A stretch of DNA of 53,479 nucleotides, counting the filler, from Squatina squatina (lineage: Eukaryota), in assembly GCA_031763465.1 (NCBI GenBank). It is 2 parts of 2 records of this genome, joined end to end, with 100 filler letters (N's around TTAATTAATTAA, not from the genome) between each part and the next. Parts side by side here need not be neighbours in the genome. Positions count along the whole stretch, not along the records: positions 22,492 to 53,479 come from JARFOE010000013.1; 1 more part is not named here. One strand, given 5' to 3'. The notes beneath the pieces are model-generated. The model made no database searches. It saw only the letters and a list, made by a program, of their open reading frames with translations, and was not told the DNA's origin. This document shows, in pieces, positions 48,959-53,479 of the stretch. Positions within the stretch are counted from its first letter, which is position 1. Each line of letters starts with the position of its first letter. A program made the position numbers and the translations under genes.

Positions 48959-49682
48959 TTAGGGTGCTGTTCTGCACTCTAGCAGTTTCCGAAAGCTTTT
49001 TCTGAAACTATCATCTAGGAATGCATAAAGGAAAGGATTAAGGCAACTATTAGCATAGCTTAGGCTGGTGATAAAGTAGGAGATTCCAATGATGAGTGTG
49101 GTCTGTTGAATATCTGTTGTTAACGCTGCTATCGTGCTCAAATGGTAGGGCGTCCAGCAGAAAAGGCAGACTGCTAGGATAACCATCACCATTAATGTCA
49201 CCTTCTTCTTCGCTTTGTCCAGAGCCTTGGCGTTGGTGTTCAAGCGCATGTTTCTCAACCTGAACAACATCAATGTGTATAGGATGCAGATTGTGGACAC
49301 TGGGATGGTAAATCCCATTAGGAGAGTGTAAATCCGACTAGCTTTCCACCATAGAATCTCAGGATGTGGGAACACGTAGACACACTGCAGCCTGCCCTCA
49401 TCATCGTGGATTTTGCCAAAAATCGTGAAGGGCAAAATGATGATGGTGACGAAGAGCCAAACGCAGATACTGATTATCTTAGCCGCTCTGTAAGTGCGAT
49501 ACGACATCTTTTTGGACCTCGCGGTGGCAAGGACCACCAAATAGCGATCAATGCTCATAACAGTCAAAAAGTAAATGCTGGAGAAGGTGTTGTATTGGTC
49601 AATGGAAATGATTAATTTGCACATCAGCTCGCCAAAGGGCCACTGAAGCAAAAGGTAGTCGGCGATGTTTATCGGCAAAACC
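48959..49682 (-). CDS. NPBWR1: Neuropeptide B/W receptor 1; intronless stretch, N-terminus lost in a gap
   Basis: VLPINIADYLLLQWPFGELMCKLIISIDQYNTFSS...DRY...NAKALDKAKKKVT...CWTPYHL...NPFLYAFLDDSFRKS; lies between OPRK1 and RB1CC1, convergent with OPRK1. Confidence 0.92.
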
Positions 49683-49919
49683 NNNNNNNNNNNNNNNNNN
49701 NNNNNNNNNNNNNNNNNNNNNNNNNNNNNNNNNNNNNNNNNNNNNNNNNNNNNNNNNNNNNNNNNNNNNNNNNNNNNNNNNNAGAACTGTTTCATAAAGG
49801 TAGTAGGAGTAAGTAAACCAGGGAAAATCACAAGCCAATAGTATTAAGAAACATTTTGAATTGTGTTAGCAAAGTAATTTTTTACTGGAAAAATAATTAA
49901 CTGATTTATGTAATTTCAG

Positions 49920-50046
49920 TGTTGCAGACCTTAAACATGCCATCCAAGCTAAATATAAGATTGCGACTCAGCATCAGGTGTTGGTTGTCAATGGAGGAGA
50001 GTGTATGGTTGCAGACAGGCGTGTTTGTAGCTACAGTGCTGGGACG
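49920..50046 (+). CDS. RB1CC1: RB1CC1/FIP200 exon
   Basis: cag|T GTT...ACG|gtaagt, 127 bp; VADLKHAIQAKYKIATQHQVLVVNGGECMVADRRVCSYSAGT. Confidence 0.96.
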
Positions 50047-52151
50047 GTAAGTTACCCTTAAATCTGTACAAACAAGTTATTGATTTAAGCAAGAGCTCTA
50101 TGGTAATGCTCTGCATTGGGCAAAAGTGTTGCATTTAGATATAGATGAAGGGTAGAAAATAACATTTCTTTCATAATTAGAGTAAGCACTGTTTAACAAC
50201 TTTTTTGTTCATGTATGTGCATTTCATTTTTTAAATTTACCAATGGAGTTTTGGCTCAGTTTTTTTCCTCTTGTGTACAGTGGAATAGCATGATCAGCTC
50301 TAGGATACTGCACCATTAATCATTCCTGATTTTATCAGTTAGCAAATAAACTGTTATTTTATGTATGTCTACACTATTACTTGAGAATTTCAAAGCTGCT
50401 GTCTCTGGTTAAAGCACTGGGTGTAGAGTCCAAATGAAGCCTTCTAGAATGAGAAAGGGTTAGTTGACTACATAGGTCACCGATTCCTTAATGTGACAGT
50501 GTTCTTGGGCAATTTTGTACTCTGGTAAATTCTGTGAATATTATCTACCTGAATATTTATATGCCATTTAAGATTCATGATTTAAAACTTGTAAGAGGTA
50601 AAGATCATGGAATTAATAGCTAATTGGGTTGAAAACTAGGCTAGCAATGCACAGCAGACCCCAAACTATGCGACTAAGGAATGAGTATGAGTGATTGGCT
50701 TTCAAAGAGATGTAAGACAATTAAGTAGATGGACTAAATAGTGACTTCAATAGAAATTAAAGGCTATGAATAGTAGCCCTGAAATTTTGGTCGGAGCCTT
50801 CCTGCGGGCGGAAGTTTCCGACCATTAAATATTTTACGAAATAACCTGGCGGTACAGGAGTTTTGCACAATTGCAGTTCCAGGCCGAAATATGAAGGCCA
50901 GCATAGACACTGACGCACACTTGAGATTCGCTACACTTATAATCTTTTTCCAGAGAAAGGCAGATAGAAACAGAAAATGATGAGAGGGAGGGGTAGCATA
51001 GATGTTAACACGTTAATTTGAAGTGCAGAACTGGAGAACCTATATCAAATGAATTAGCCTCCAGAAAGATTTGGGATTAGGAAGATTTGTCTTTTTTTGG
51101 CCTCAACAGGACTGCTTGACTGGATGTAAGATGAGCTGTCCATAGCCTTTAATCTGAACCTTGGTTCAAATTGAAGTTTAAATTACCTGTAATGTAAGCA
51201 ATTGTGGCCTTTGTTTCTTGAAGTTGCCTTTTTAATCTTAAAGCCACGCATACACGAAGTATATGCTTTAGTACAGGACTTGGGATTTAGATAAATGAGT
51301 CTTCAGTATGAGCTTGTGGGTAATTACTGTTATGTTACAGAACATAAAAGTCCAGGATAAGAAACGGCATTTGGCTCATCTCACTTGAACTCTAACTCTC
51401 ATCATAGGATCCAACATTATTTTTAATTAAATGGAGTCCACTTTTTAAAGTGTAATAAGGTGGTCACATCAAATTCTCCTTAAGTATAGATGGTGCTATT
51501 TTCTTGCACCTCTCAATGTATAATCAGAGTCTGTAATAAAGCAAGTTTTGTATAACTGGACTTGCCCAGAAGGCTTGNNNNNNNNNNNNNNNNNNNNNNN
51601 NNNNNNNNNNNNNNNNNNNNNNNNNNNNNNNNNNNNNNNNNNNNNNNNNNNNNNNNNNNNNNNNNNNNNNNNNNNNNTTCAGGGCCACTGTCTTTCCATA
51701 TTAGTTTCCCAAAGTGCATCACTTCACACTTCTCCACATTGAACCCTATCTCTCCATCCTGTCCATGTCATCCTGAAGCCTATAACTCACCATGATTTAC
51801 TACTTTGCCAATATTTTGGTTGCCTACGGCTTTACTCTTGTTGCAGTTTAAAATGAGAAGACAACAGTTTTTTTCAGTATTTAGCTCAGTACATATGGAT
51901 TGAATCCATGCATCAGTTTGAAATGTATATGACAGAATTTGATCTGTATAGCCATTTTGATTGATGAGCAATCATTAAAGATATGATCGCTTGTATAAGT
52001 TTCTACTGTTGGCATGCTTTGAGACAAGCAGGGTGTTCCAATAGGTTTCCATAACTAAGCTGCTACTCATTCCTGTCCTGTAGAATGACCGTTCAAATGT
52101 ATTGTTAAATATAAGCTTCACTCCTTTTTTATGAATTTTTTTAAATCACAG

Positions 52152-52322
52152 GATTCAAATCCCATATTTCTGTACAACAAAGAAATGATTTTGTGTGACC
52201 GTGCACCAACTATTCCTAAGACGACATTTTCTGCAGAAAATGAGATGGGACTGAAAGTAGAGGAGTCCCTAATGATGCCAGCTGTCTTTCACACAGTAGC
52301 CTCTAGAACTCAGCTTGCTGTG
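52152..52322 (+). CDS. RB1CC1: RB1CC1/FIP200 exon
   Basis: cag|GAT...GTG|gtaaga, 171 bp; DSNPIFLYNKEMILCDRAPTIPKTTFSAENEMGLKVEESLMMPAVFHTVASRTQLAV. Confidence 0.96.
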
Positions 52323-52903
52323 GTAAGATTAATAAGCATATCCATGTATGTAATTTGTCTGTATTTAACATAAGTTACTGAAAGTTGGTGAATATCATCT
52401 GAGTTTATGTAANNNNNNNNNNNNNNNNNNNNNNNNNNNNNNNNNNNNNNNNNNNNNNNNNNNNNNNNNNNNNNNNNNNNNNNNNNNNNNNNNNNNNNNN
52501 NNNNNNNNNNNNCATGCGAGAGCCCCAATCTTTGTTTTGCTCTCTATAACACTTTTCAAAAGTTAGAATCTCTTCCTCGCTCTCAGTCTGTGAGAATTCT
52601 GCATTATGATTGGCTGCTTAGACAGCTTGTTGGCATTACAGCAGCTCGCACGTCGGAAAAGCCAAACTTCTCGCCACAGAGATCGCAAGATCGTTGAGGG
52701 AAGATTACTTCAGGGCCAGCAGCGAACGCCTTTGCTTTGCCGCTGACCACAAATTATGGACCATTATTTATGTCAAACTAGTTATATTTGTCACCATTCC
52801 ACTGTGGAAGTTTTTCGATTAATTTTTACAAATATTATAGAGACTTTTGATGTTTTAAGATTGCCTCGTGACTTGGCACTAATTCTGTTAATGTCTTTGT
52901 TAG

Positions 52904-53090
52904 ATGGTGCTGTTATGTGATGCTTCACGCAGATCAGAATGGTGAAAAGCTCCAAGCTTTGCTACGACTTCTGACAGAACTGCAAGAGAGAGTGCGGATT
53001 GTTGAGGCGCTTAGCACTGTTCCTCAAATGTATTGCCTAGCTGTTGTTGAGGTAGTAAGGCGGAAAATGTTCACTAAACATTACAGGGAG
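52904..53090 (+). CDS. RB1CC1: RB1CC1/FIP200 exon
   Basis: tag|A TGG...GAG|gtatgt, 187 bp; WCCYVMLHADQNGEKLQALLRLLTELQERVRIVEALSTVPQMYCLAVVEVVRRKMFTKHYRE. Confidence 0.96.
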
Positions 53091-53188
53091 GTATGTTAAC
53101 AATTATGGTCTAAATCTCCATGTAATATTACTATGCATATCCAGAATTTAGGAATAAGCAAATAATTTAACTTTTGTTTACTTTAAAG

Positions 53189-53270
53189 TGGGCCAGTGCT
53201 CTTGTAAAAGAAGGGAAACAACTCTATGAAGCTGAGCGAGCAAAAAGGGAATCATTTGGAAAGCTGTTTA
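53189..53270 (+). CDS. RB1CC1: RB1CC1/FIP200 exon
   Basis: aag|TGG...A|gtaagt, 82 bp after a 98-bp intron; WASALVKEGKQLYEAERAKRESFGKLF. Confidence 0.95.
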
Positions 53271-53479
53271 GTAAGTTATTTTCTCCCATTACATTGCATA
53301 AAGGCATAATAGGAAGCATCTCTACTTGATGATTAACTTGCCACTATTTATATACGATCCCAAATCTGATTTTTTTTTTTCCTGCTCAGCATATATTTAT
53401 TCTTGTAACCATTTATAATTTAATGAATACAGTTTTGCTGGTCTTGTATTTATGAATATATAATTTAGACATACATCCT

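Noticed and set aside
22850-53479. Missing exons of TCEA1, ATP6V1H, OPRK1, RB1CC1 and very short intergenic distances as gene loss or genome compaction
   Set aside because: All visible exons are intact with canonical splice sites; absences coincide with 100-N gaps of unknown true length

Overview
Gappy vertebrate genomic sequence, most likely a shark or other cartilaginous fish (inferred from the CR1/L2 LINEs, a SacSINE1/DeuSINE-like element and the protein divergence). Short contigs are joined mostly by 100-N gaps, so genes appear as scattered subsets of exons. An artificial linker (N44-TTAATTAATTAA-N44, 22392-22491) splits the window into two probably unrelated blocks. The left block is rich in satellites. 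It holds the last two coding exons of SRSF3, four tandem or low-complexity arrays, two exons of a repressor-type cryptochrome (CRY1-like, possibly cry3), one divergent PSMD13-like exon and LRIF1 exon 2. The right block follows the order and orientation of human 8q11.2: TCEA1(+, last exon), RGS20(-), ATP6V1H(+), OPRK1(+), NPBWR1(-), RB1CC1(+). Best leads: a candidate second PSMD13 paralog, Penelope-type repeats carrying a hammerhead-ribozyme-like core with stem-II covariation, a conserved RGS20 long-isoform exon, a possible decayed 2.5-kb exon, a coding repeat in LRIF1, and decayed Harbinger transposase and Myb/SANT genes. I see no clear evidence of a wholly new system. All homology calls rest on recalled protein sequences, not database searches.
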